Below, one piece after another: positions 33,433 through 41,838 of a stretch of DNA of 64,000 nt (its first letter is position 1; each line of letters begins with the position of its first letter). Source of the DNA: an uncultured Desulfobacterales bacterium (GTDB taxonomy: Bacteria > Desulfobacterota > Desulfobacteria > Desulfobacterales > SpSt-501). Location of the stretch: contig CALIUY010000030.1 in NCBI GenBank assembly GCA_938048455.1, positions 19,568-83,567 on the forward strand, read 5' to 3'. The position numbers and the translations under genes are program-made. Below the pieces are notes generated by a model, which was not told the DNA's origin, searched no databases, and saw only the letters and a list, made by a program, of their open reading frames with translations.

Positions 33433-34830
33433 ATGACCCGCCGACGGGTGATCATCCTGGGAGCCGCCGGGCGCGATTTCCACAACTTCAACGTGCGCTT
33501 CCGCAACGATCCCGCCTTCGAAGTCGTGGCCTTCACCGCGACCCAGATCCCCGAGATCGCCGGACGGCGCTACCCCGCGGCCCTTGCGGGGAAACTCTAC
33601 CCGCGGGGGATTCCCGTCTTTGCCGAGGAGGAGCTCGAGGAGCTCATCGGCCGTCTCTCGGCCGACGAGTGCGTCTTCGCTTACAGCGACGTCTCCTGCC
33701 AGCACGTCATGGATCTGGCCGCACGCGTCCAGGCGGCGGGGGCGAGCTTCACGCTGCTCGGCCCGCGCGACACGATGCTCGAAAGCCGCAAGCCCGTCAT
33801 CGCCGTCGGCGCCGTGCGGACCGGCTGCGGCAAGAGCCAAACCTCGCGCCGCGTGATCGAGATCGCTCTGGCCTGCGGGTTGCGGGTGGTCGCCGTGCGC
33901 CACCCCATGCCCTACGGGGATCTCGCCCGCCAGCGGGTGCAGCGCTTCGCCGCTCCCGCCGACCTCGAGCGCCACCGCTGCACGATCGAAGAGCGGGAAG
34001 AGTACGAGCCCCACCTCGCGCGCGGCAACGTCGTCTACGCCGGCGTCGACTACGCCGAGGTGTTGCGGGCGGCGGAGAACGACCCGCAGGGCTGCGACCT
34101 GATCGTCTGGGACGGCGGAAACAACGATTTCCCCTTTTTCCGGCCGGATCGGATGATCACCGTCGTCGATCCCTTGCGTCCCGGCCACGAACGGCTCTAC
34201 CACCCGGGGAACGTCACCCTTCGGCTCGCCGATGCGGTCGTGATCAACAAGATCGACAGCGCCCCGCCGGAGGGGATCGAGGCCGTCCGGCGGAGCATCG
34301 CCCGCGACAACCCGCGCGCGGCGGTGATCGAGGCGGCTTCGGTGATCACGGTCGAAGACCCCGCGGTGATCCGCGGCAAGCGCGTGCTCGCCGTCGAGGA
34401 CGGCCCGACCCTAACGCACGGAGGCATGGCCTTCGGCGCGGCGGTCGTTGCCGCACGCAAGTTCGGCGCCGCCGCCCTCGTCGACCCGCGGCCCTTTCTC
34501 GTGGGAACGCTGCGCGAGACGTTCCGCATCTACCCCGAGATCGGCGCCGTGCTCCCGGCCATGGGCTACGGCCGGCGTCAGCTTCAGGATCTCGCGGCGA
34601 CGATCCGCCGCAGCGACTGCGACGCCGTCGTCATCGGCACCCCGATCGATCTCGGCCGCCTCATCCCCATCCACCGTCCCGCAACCCGCGTCCATTACCG
34701 CCTGCAGGAAATCGGCCTCCCCGACCTGGAGACCGTGCTCGGAGAATTCTTGAACGCCCGGCGCCCTGCTCGCGCCGGCTTCCGCCGCAAGGCGGCACCC
34801 GGATCGCCTCGAAAGGACCCCCGATGCTGA
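33433..34830 (+). CDS. Cyclic 2,3-diphosphoglycerate synthetase-like P-loop protein (often annotated as GTPase)
   Basis: 465 aa. N-terminus RRVIILGAAGRDFHNFNVRFRNDPAFEVVAFTATQIP and Walker A GAVRTGCGKSQTS. Family assignment is from memory of cDPG-synthetase homologs and is not verified. Confidence 0.6.
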   Translation: MTRRRVIILGAAGRDFHNFNVRFRNDPAFEVVAFTATQIPEIAGRRYPAALAGKLYPRGIPVFAEEELEELIGRLSADECVFAYSDVSCQHVMDLAARVQAAGASFTLLGPRDTMLESRKPVIAVGAVRTGCGKSQTSRRVIEIALACGLRVVAVRHPMPYGDLARQRVQRFAAPADLERHRCTIEEREEYEPHLARGNVVYAGVDYAEVLRAAENDPQGCDLIVWDGGNNDFPFFRPDRMITVVDPLRPGHERLYHPGNVTLRLADAVVINKIDSAPPEGIEAVRRSIARDNPRAAVIEAASVITVEDPAVIRGKRVLAVEDGPTLTHGGMAFGAAVVAARKFGAAALVDPRPFLVGTLRETFRIYPEIGAVLPAMGYGRRQLQDLAATIRRSDCDAVVIGTPIDLGRLIPIHRPATRVHYRLQEIGLPDLETVLGEFLNARRPARAGFRRKAAPGSPRKDPRC

Positions 34831-35252
34831 CCCGGATGATCTACGTGGCGATCGGCGCCCTCGGAACCGGGCTCTGGAACGTCTTCATCTCCGCCGCCTC
34901 GCGGCAGATGCATCCCCTGCTCGGCGCGCTCATCACCGAGATCACGGCCTTCAGCGCAGGGCTGATCCTCTTTCTGCCGCTTCTGCGCCAGGGTCGCCCC
35001 GAGTTCTCGGTGCCGGCGGTGTTTCTCTGCATCGGAGCCGGCCTCTCGGTTCTGCTCGCCGACTTCTTCATTCTCAAAGCCTACAAAGAAGGCCTGCCGG
35101 TCTCGATCGGCGGGCCGATCATCATCGGGGGCGGCATCCTCGTGGTGACGTTCGCGGGCCTCATCCTCGGAGACCGCATGAGCTGGACGAAAGCGCTCTC
35201 CATTCTGATGATCCTCTGCGGGGCATCCATTCTCGCCGGGCAGCCGCGCTGA
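34824..35252 (+). CDS. Small DMT/EamA-like membrane protein
   Basis: ATG 34824 overlaps the upstream stop (ATGCTGA). 142 aa with 4-5 hydrophobic helices and a Gly-rich last helix (ILMILCGASILAG). Confidence 0.6.
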   Translation: MLTRMIYVAIGALGTGLWNVFISAASRQMHPLLGALITEITAFSAGLILFLPLLRQGRPEFSVPAVFLCIGAGLSVLLADFFILKAYKEGLPVSIGGPIIIGGGILVVTFAGLILGDRMSWTKALSILMILCGASILAGQPR

Positions 35253-35295
35253 CCGCGGCAAACCTCTTTCCCCGGCGCAACGGGAGGTCGTTTCC

Positions 35296-36120
35296 ATGAG
35301 CAAAGAGCAGACCGACATCATGGCCGTCTTCTGCGATTTCGAAAACGTCGCCCTGGGGGTGCGGGACGCCCGCTACGCCCAGTTCGACATCCGCAAGGTG
35401 CTCGAACGGCTGCTCCTCAAGGGCACGATCGTCGTCAAGAAGGCCTACTGCGACTGGGAACGCTACAAGGAGTTCAAGGCCACGATGCACGAGGCGGCCT
35501 TCGAGCTGATCGAGATCCCCCATGTGCGCCAGTCGGGAAAGAACTCGGCCGACATCCGGCTCGTCGTCGACGCCCTGGATCTCTGCTACACCAAGTCCCA
35601 CGTGGACACCTTCGTGATCGTGAGCGGAGACTCGGACTTCTCGCCGCTCGTGAGCAAGCTGCGCGAAAACAACAAGAAGGTGATCGGTGTCGGGGTGAAG
35701 AGCTCGAGTTCGGATCTTTTGATCGCCAACTGCGACGAGTTCATCTACTACGACGACCTCGTGCGCAAAAAGCAGGCGGCCGCAAAGCCCGCGCGCAAGC
35801 CCGCGCGCGCCGCGGCGAGCAAAAAGGCCGCGGCCGCCGTCACCGAGCCGGAGGCCGAGGACAAAACGCCTCAGGCGCTCGCCCTCGTCATGGAGACGCT
35901 CGAGGCGCTCGCCGAGGAGCGCGGCGCGGAAGAAAAGATCTGGGGCTCGATGGTCAAACAGGCGCTCAAGCGCCGCCGGCCCGGGTTCAACGAGTCCTAT
36001 TACGGGTTCCGCTCCTTCAACCGGCTCCTCGAGGAGGCGGCCGCCCGCGGCCTGCTGGAGCTCGAATCCGACGAGAAATCCGGGGGCTATATCATCCGCC
36101 GCTTTCACCCCCAGGAATGA
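35296..36120 (+). CDS. NYN-domain (PIN-like RNase fold) protein with C-terminal OST-HTH/LOTUS domain
   Basis: GGGAGG RBS. NYN core AVFCDFENV...KAYCDW...G.....P......KNSADIRLVVDALD....SHVDTFVIVSGDSDFSPLVSKLRE..K.VIGVG. Then a Lys/Ala-rich linker, then a LOTUS-like segment WGSMVKQALKRRRPGFNESYYGFRSFNRLLEEA. Confidence 0.8.
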   Translation: MSKEQTDIMAVFCDFENVALGVRDARYAQFDIRKVLERLLLKGTIVVKKAYCDWERYKEFKATMHEAAFELIEIPHVRQSGKNSADIRLVVDALDLCYTKSHVDTFVIVSGDSDFSPLVSKLRENNKKVIGVGVKSSSSDLLIANCDEFIYYDDLVRKKQAAAKPARKPARAAASKKAAAAVTEPEAEDKTPQALALVMETLEALAEERGAEEKIWGSMVKQALKRRRPGFNESYYGFRSFNRLLEEAAARGLLELESDEKSGGYIIRRFHPQE

Positions 36121-37735
36121 CGAGGCCCGCCCGACGGCAATTGCCGCGGTGATGCCCCGCCATTCCCGGCGCATCCGCGGCGCGCGGCAGGGCAATCCGG
36201 AGGGCCGCCTCCGCGTCGCCCTTTTCGCGGCAGCGGGCGAGCCGATCGAGATAGAGCCGATCCTCCCCGGCGATGCGCCGGGCCTCCGCCGCGGAAAGCT
36301 CGGGTCCGTGCCCCGGGATCACGCGCTCGATCCCCGAGGTCAGCAAACCGAGCAGCCGCTGCAGGGTGCGGCGGTAGGCCTCGAGGTCGTCCACGAAGGG
36401 GATCTCAAGCGGCGAAAGGTAGTCGCCCACGACCAGGGTCCCCTCCACCCGCAGGCCCAAGGCCTCGGGGGCATGGCCGGGCAGTCCGAGAACCTCGACG
36501 TCGAGATCGCCCACGTTGAAGTGGAAGCCGTCCTCGAGTCCCCGCAGCTCCTGCGGCCAGCTGTAACCTCCCGGCCGCTCCACGTACCACTCGCCGTCGT
36601 GACGCCGCGCCTCCTCCAGCGCCGCGCGGGCAAGCTTCCCCGATTCGGCGACGGAACGCGCGAGGAGGGTCGAGGCATAGACCGGCACCCCGGGAAAGGC
36701 GAAATGACCGACGACGTGATCCCAGTGCGCATGGGTGAAGAACAGGGCCTCGACCTTTACCCCGGCCGGGATCCGGCGGCGGATCGCCTCCACTTCCGCG
36801 GGGAAAACGCCGGGGTCGACGACGAGGGCGCTTCGGCCGCAGATGACGAGCGTGCTCGTCATCTGCCAGATCATACTGCGGCAAACCTCGATCCGAACCG
36901 CTGGGCCGGGCGAGGCCGCGAAAGGGAAAGCATCGGCCGCCCGGCTCGATGCGCCTTTCCCGTAAAGACCCGGCCGGCGTTCGGCGAGATAGAAGACCGA
37001 CCGTCTTGCCGCCGCCAGCCGGCTTCGATCCAGCGCGGCCGCAATCAGGCCGGGCTTTCGCCCCCGCGCCCGGGCGAGGACATCCCCCTCCGGGCCGACG
37101 ATCGCGCTGCGGCCGCAAAAGGCGATCCCGCCCTCCTCGCCGCACAGGTCGGCGTAGGCGAGAAAGACCTGGTTTTCGAAGGCCCGGACCGCCACGACCG
37201 AGCGGGCGACGATCTCCCCCGACCGGGGGAGAGCGGCGGGCACGAGGACGAGTTCGGCTCCGGCAAGCGCCAGGCGGCGCACCGCCTCGGGGAACTCGAC
37301 ATCGAGGCAAATCAGCACCCCGATCCGCCAGCCCTCCAGATCCACGATTGTCCAGGCATCCCCGGGGGTGAAAAGCCGTTTTTCCTCCGCGCCGTAGAGG
37401 TGCAGCTTGCGGTGGCCGCCCCGCCTCCGACCCTCTTGGTCCACCAGCAACGCCGCGTCGTAAAGACGATCCCCCTCGCGCTCCGGGAACCCGTAGAGGA
37501 TCGCGATGCCTTCCCGTCGCGCGATCGCCGCCGCCCGGGCGGCCGAGGGGCCGTCTGCCGGCTCGGCAAGCGCGGCGAGGGCGCCTCCGCCCCCATAGCC
37601 GGTGAGGAAAAGCTCGGGAAAGACGAGCAGCCCTGCCCCGTCGGAAGCGGCGCGGCGCGCCTGGCGGGCGAGAATCGCAAGCGCTTTCTCCTTGCTCCCG
37701 GCCACAGCGGCGGCCTGGCAGACGGCGACCTTCAT
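36092..37735 (-). CDS. Fusion protein: carbon-nitrogen hydrolase (nitrilase superfamily) plus metallo-beta-lactamase fold hydrolase
   Basis: The N-half has an E-K-C triad context (LLVFPELF, GGHRKLHLY, IGVLICLDVEFPE). The C-half carries the MBL motif FFTHAHWDHVVGH, with GLPGHAPE further downstream. Starts 21 nt after the stop of the pot-like permease gene. Confidence 0.8.
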   Translation of the reverse strand: MKVAVCQAAAVAGSKEKALAILARQARRAASDGAGLLVFPELFLTGYGGGGALAALAEPADGPSAARAAAIARREGIAILYGFPEREGDRLYDAALLVDQEGRRRGGHRKLHLYGAEEKRLFTPGDAWTIVDLEGWRIGVLICLDVEFPEAVRRLALAGAELVLVPAALPRSGEIVARSVVAVRAFENQVFLAYADLCGEEGGIAFCGRSAIVGPEGDVLARARGRKPGLIAAALDRSRLAAARRSVFYLAERRPGLYGKGASSRAADAFPFAASPGPAVRIEVCRSMIWQMTSTLVICGRSALVVDPGVFPAEVEAIRRRIPAGVKVEALFFTHAHWDHVVGHFAFPGVPVYASTLLARSVAESGKLARAALEEARRHDGEWYVERPGGYSWPQELRGLEDGFHFNVGDLDVEVLGLPGHAPEALGLRVEGTLVVGDYLSPLEIPFVDDLEAYRRTLQRLLGLLTSGIERVIPGHGPELSAAEARRIAGEDRLYLDRLARCREKGDAEAALRIALPRAADAPGMAGHHRGNCRRAGLVIPGGESGG

Positions 37736-37756
37736 TGTCCGGCGTCCCCGATCGGT

Positions 37757-38563
37757 TCAGGAGTTGCGGCTCTCGGGGGTGAGCGCGCCCATGAGGCGCG
37801 GGAGATCCCCGAAACGCCCGATCAGGCCGAAGACGAGGGCCGCAAGCAAAACGAAGACGAGGGTCACCGCGGCCATGACCGGGGTGTAGCCGTAGCGGAG
37901 TGCGTTGAAGATCTTGATCGGAAGCGTCTCCACGGTAAAGCCGGCGACCATGTAGGCCACGATGTATTCGTTCAGGCTGAGCACGAAGGCGAAGGCGAAG
38001 CCCGAGACGAGGTAGGAGCGGATCATCGGGAAAACGATCGAGCCGAAGACCTCCCGGGCGTCGGCCCCGAGGACCTGGGCCGCCTCGACGATCTCGCGGT
38101 CGATCGACTCGAAGCCGAGCGACAGCGTGACGAGCGGGAGGGTGACGAAGAAGACGGCGTGCGAGACCACGGTCGCGACCATCTTCCCGTAGAGCCCGAC
38201 CGTCGCCCAGAAGGCGAGAAAGCCGAGTGCGGTGATCACCGGCGGCAGCATGAAAGGGGCGATGCCCAAAAGAAAAAGCACTCGCGCGTAAAAGACACGG
38301 TAGCGCCAGAGAGCATAGCTGAGCGGCAGCGCGATCGAGACCGCCCCGAGGCTGGAGAGAAGGGCGATCGCGAGGCTGTTGCCGATGGGGATCAGCCACT
38401 CGGGCTCGCCGAAAAGCTCGGCGTACCAAACGAGCGAAACCCCCTGCGGCGGAAAGAAGAGCGCTTTTTTCGCGTTGAGCGAGACCCCGCCTACGACCAC
38501 GATCGGGCTGAGGAGAAACAGCCCGATCAGGCCGAGAAAGACTCCGCGCAACATGCGGCTCAT
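37757..38563 (-). CDS. ABC transporter permease (PotC-like, polyamine/opine-type)
   Basis: Tail of ORF 37757..39469 from ATG 38563 (MSRMLRGVFLGLIG...). EAA-loop region ESIDREIVEAAQVLGADAREVF..I.FP. ATGA overlap with the upstream permease gene. Confidence 0.85.
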   Translation of the reverse strand: MSRMLRGVFLGLIGLFLLSPIVVVGGVSLNAKKALFFPPQGVSLVWYAELFGEPEWLIPIGNSLAIALLSSLGAVSIALPLSYALWRYRVFYARVLFLLGIAPFMLPPVITALGFLAFWATVGLYGKMVATVVSHAVFFVTLPLVTLSLGFESIDREIVEAAQVLGADAREVFGSIVFPMIRSYLVSGFAFAFVLSLNEYIVAYMVAGFTVETLPIKIFNALRYGYTPVMAAVTLVFVLLAALVFGLIGRFGDLPRLMGALTPESRNS

Positions 38564-39420
38564 GCCTCCTCCCCGGGGCGGCCCCGCCCGCCCAGCATCG
38601 CCAGCCCCACGAGCGCGAGACTGACCACCATGAAGAAGACGGCCATCGCCGCGGCGAGCGGCAGGTTCGAGCGGTAGATCGCCTCGTCGGTGATCAGCAC
38701 CGAGAGCGTCCAGTGCTGCGGCCGACCCAGGATCTGAGGCAAAAGATACGTTCCCAGGTTGAAGGCGAAGACCATGACCAGGGTGGCGATGATCGCCCGG
38801 CGCAGCGAGCCCACGACCACGGTGAAGAAGGTGCGCAGCGGCGAGGCCCCGAGCGTGCGCGCGGCTTCCGGCAGGTGCGGGTCGAGCCGGGCAAGCGGCG
38901 GATAGAGGACGAGCACGGTATAGGGAAAAGCGAGATAGGCCATGCCGCAGACGAGCGCCCAGAAGCCCGGGGACCAGCTCCGGGGCTCCGCAAGAAGCTT
39001 CAGCCGCACGAGGAGGTTCGAGACCCCCGCCGTCTGCGAGAGCATGATCGACCAGGCGAAGGCGACGATCACCGCCGAAAGGGAGAGAACCGACACCAGC
39101 AGGACCAGCCAGACGACCTGGCGGGGCCGCGGCATCCGGGTGAGGAGATAGGTGAAGGGGAACCCCAGTCCGACGCAGAGAAGCGCGCAGAAGGCCGAAA
39201 TGAAGAGCGAGAAGGCGAGCACCCGGCCGAAGAGGGCGGTAAAGAGGTTCGCGTAGTTCGTGAGCGAGAATTCGGCCAGATAGAAACCGCCCGGCTCGCG
39301 CCGGAAAAAGCTCACCGCGAGCATGATGCCGAAGGGGATCACGAAAAAGACGATCAGGACCACCGCGGGATAAAGAAGCGGCAGGCGGGCGAGGGCTCCG
39401 CGGGGGCGCTCGGCGATCAT
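38560..39420 (-). CDS. ABC transporter permease (PotB-like)
   Basis: 286 aa with six hydrophobic segments. EAA-like loop DPHLPEAARTLGASPLRTFF.VV. ATGA overlaps at both ends. Confidence 0.85.
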   Translation of the reverse strand: MIAERPRGALARLPLLYPAVVLIVFFVIPFGIMLAVSFFRREPGGFYLAEFSLTNYANLFTALFGRVLAFSLFISAFCALLCVGLGFPFTYLLTRMPRPRQVVWLVLLVSVLSLSAVIVAFAWSIMLSQTAGVSNLLVRLKLLAEPRSWSPGFWALVCGMAYLAFPYTVLVLYPPLARLDPHLPEAARTLGASPLRTFFTVVVGSLRRAIIATLVMVFAFNLGTYLLPQILGRPQHWTLSVLITDEAIYRSNLPLAAAMAVFFMVVSLALVGLAMLGGRGRPGEEA

Positions 39421-40475
39421 GGGGCCAGCACCACACAGGCGGCGGGCGGCAGGAAGGCCGTCGCCGCATCTCCCTGGCGGAGGTCGGGTCGGTTCTTCGG
39501 CGTGGAGGCGCTCACGAGGGGAATCCCCCCGCAGTCGAGATGAATCTCGATGCTCGCCCCGACATCACGCACGAAGGTCACCCGACCGGAGAGGTGGTTC
39601 TCCCCTTCCCGCCCGCCGGGAAGAAGCGGGATTTCTTCGGGCCGGATCGAAAGGGTCACTTCACCGCCCGGGGACATCCCGGCGGGAAGGGTCTCGACCC
39701 GCAGCGCCAGCCCGCCGACCCTGACCCGGCCGTCCTTCCCCAACACCCCCCGGAGCAGATTGCTTGTCCCGATGAAGCCCGCCACAAAGGCATCCGCCGG
39801 CCGGCGATAAATTTCGAGCGGGGTTCCCGTCTGGTGCACGCGGTTGTCGGTTCCCATGACCACGATCCAGTCCGCCAGGCTCATCGCCTCGCGCTGGTCG
39901 TGGGTGACAAGGATGGTCGTGATGCCGAGGCGCTGCTGGAGCAGCCGGAGCTCGAGCTGCATCTCCTCGCGCAGCTTGGCGTCGAGGGCGGAGAGCGGCT
40001 CATCGAGAAGAAAAAGCCGCGGTTCGATCGCCAGCGCACGCGCGATCGCCACGCGCTGCCTCTGGCCGCCGGAGAGCTGGGCGATGCCGCGGCCCCCGTA
40101 GCCCGGGAGCCGCACGAGCTCGAGCAGCTCCTCGGATCGGCGGCGGCGCTCGGCGGCGGCGACGTTGCGGATCTTCAGGCTGTAGGCGATGTTCTCTTCG
40201 ACCGTGAGGTGGGGAAAGAGGGCGAGCGACTGGAAGACCATCCCGAAGCGCCTGCGGTGGGCGGGCTGCTCGGTGATGTCCTCCTCGTCGAGAAAAATGC
40301 GCCCCCGGCTCGGCCGCTCGAGTCCCGCGATCAGACGCAAAAGCGTCGTCTTGCCGCAACCCGAGGGCCCGAGAAAGCAAACGAAACGGCCTTGCGGGAG
40401 CTCAAGCGTCACCTCGCGCACGGCGACGACCCCGCCGAAGCGCTTTTCGATGTTTTCGAGGTAAAGTCCGGGCAT
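39417..40475 (-). CDS. ABC transporter ATP-binding protein (PotA-like, with C-terminal TOBE-type domain)
   Basis: Walker A GPSGCGKTT, Q-loop, signature LSGGQRQRVAIARAL, Walker B FLLDEPLSALD, and H-loop VTHDQ. Confidence 0.9.
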   Translation of the reverse strand: MPGLYLENIEKRFGGVVAVREVTLELPQGRFVCFLGPSGCGKTTLLRLIAGLERPSRGRIFLDEEDITEQPAHRRRFGMVFQSLALFPHLTVEENIAYSLKIRNVAAAERRRRSEELLELVRLPGYGGRGIAQLSGGQRQRVAIARALAIEPRLFLLDEPLSALDAKLREEMQLELRLLQQRLGITTILVTHDQREAMSLADWIVVMGTDNRVHQTGTPLEIYRRPADAFVAGFIGTSNLLRGVLGKDGRVRVGGLALRVETLPAGMSPGGEVTLSIRPEEIPLLPGGREGENHLSGRVTFVRDVGASIEIHLDCGGIPLVSASTPKNRPDLRQGDAATAFLPPAACVVLAP

Positions 40476-40539
40476 GCTCCGGAGCCCCCCTTCCGCCCGG
40501 ATTCCGGGCGGAAGGGGTCAAGGTTTCCGATCGCCGCCG

Positions 40540-41610
40540 TCAGCGGGTGATCATCTCCGTCCACTTCTGGTTGATCCAGTCGCTCCGCTCGCCGGTATAG
40601 ATGTCGTAGCGCGGCACGATGGGCGGGATTTCGCTTGAGACCGCGGCGAATTCGGCGTCGGTCAGGCCGGTCAGCTCGCGCTTCACGGTGGGCGCGGTCC
40701 CCACCTTGAGAGCGAGCTTCTTCTGGATGTCGGGCCGGCTCATGTAATTGATGAAGACGTGGGCCTCCTCCACTTTCTTGCAGGCCCGGGTCACCGCCCA
40801 GATGCCGGAGTCGAGAATCCCGCCCTCCTTGGGGAAGGTCGAGCGCACCGGGTGTTCCTTGGCGGCCAGGGTGGCGACGTCATGGTAGTACTGGCCCATG
40901 GGGATCTCGCCCGCCTTGAGCGCCTGCTCGAACTGGGCCTCGTCACGGTACCAGAGCTTCACGTTGGGCTTGAGCGCGGCGAGCTTGTCGAGCGCCTTCT
41001 GGATTCCCTCCCGGGTGTCGAGGAGCTTCGTCCCGCCGAAGAAGGTCGTCGCCGTCACCTCGAGCAGAAAGGAGTTCGAGGCGAGCGCCAGCAGCCCCAG
41101 CTTGTCCTTCTTGTCGGCCGCCCACATCTCGGCCCAGGACTGGGGCGCCTGAGGGAAAACGCGGGTGTTCGAGACCAGCGTGATGTACCAGGAGACCGCC
41201 CCGATCCCGTCCACGCGGCCGTCGGGGTACTTGTGGATGAAGACCGGCAGCAGGTTCTTGTGGTGGGGGATCTTGTTCAGGTCGAGCGCCATCCAGAGGT
41301 TCGTCTTCTGCCCCCGCAACATCGGCGTCTGGGCGATCATGTTCACGTCGGCGGGCGCGACCCCGGCCTTGGCGGCCTGCTCGAGCTGGACGAGCCAGGC
41401 CTCGCCGGTCGGCTCGGCCACGGATTCGACCTGGATGCCGGTTTCCTTGGTGAAATCGGGGAAGATGTGCTTGTCGAAGGAATCCTTGAAATAGCCGCCG
41501 TAGACGCCGACCTTGATCGATTTTTCGGCCCCGAAGGACGCGCCGGGGACGAAAACGAGCACGACGAGAAGCCAAAGGTTGACGCAGGGAAGCATTCGCG
41601 AGCGGACCAT
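40540..41610 (-). CDS. ABC transporter periplasmic substrate-binding protein (PotD/PotF-like family 1)
   Basis: GGAGGTG RBS and a signal peptide (LWLLVVLVFVPGASFGAE). 356 aa with a family-1 SBP layout. First gene of the five-gene minus-strand operon ending at 36092. Confidence 0.8.
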   Translation of the reverse strand: MVRSRMLPCVNLWLLVVLVFVPGASFGAEKSIKVGVYGGYFKDSFDKHIFPDFTKETGIQVESVAEPTGEAWLVQLEQAAKAGVAPADVNMIAQTPMLRGQKTNLWMALDLNKIPHHKNLLPVFIHKYPDGRVDGIGAVSWYITLVSNTRVFPQAPQSWAEMWAADKKDKLGLLALASNSFLLEVTATTFFGGTKLLDTREGIQKALDKLAALKPNVKLWYRDEAQFEQALKAGEIPMGQYYHDVATLAAKEHPVRSTFPKEGGILDSGIWAVTRACKKVEEAHVFINYMSRPDIQKKLALKVGTAPTVKRELTGLTDAEFAAVSSEIPPIVPRYDIYTGERSDWINQKWTEMITR

Positions 41611-41838
41611 GGGCCACCTCCAGGGAATGGGTTGGCGAACCGCGGGGTGGAGAAAGCAGGCCGGACTATCGCAGAGCCCTTGAGGGCTGTCAAGAAAAGG
41701 GGCGAGGTTTTTCTTCCCCCTTGATCGGCGCTTTTCGCAGTGATAGAGGCGGGAGTCAAAGGCGACTGCCCCTTTCCCGGAACCATTCCCTGCCGCCTGA
41801 CTCCGAACGCCTCGAAGGCCGAAAAAAGGAGGAACGCC

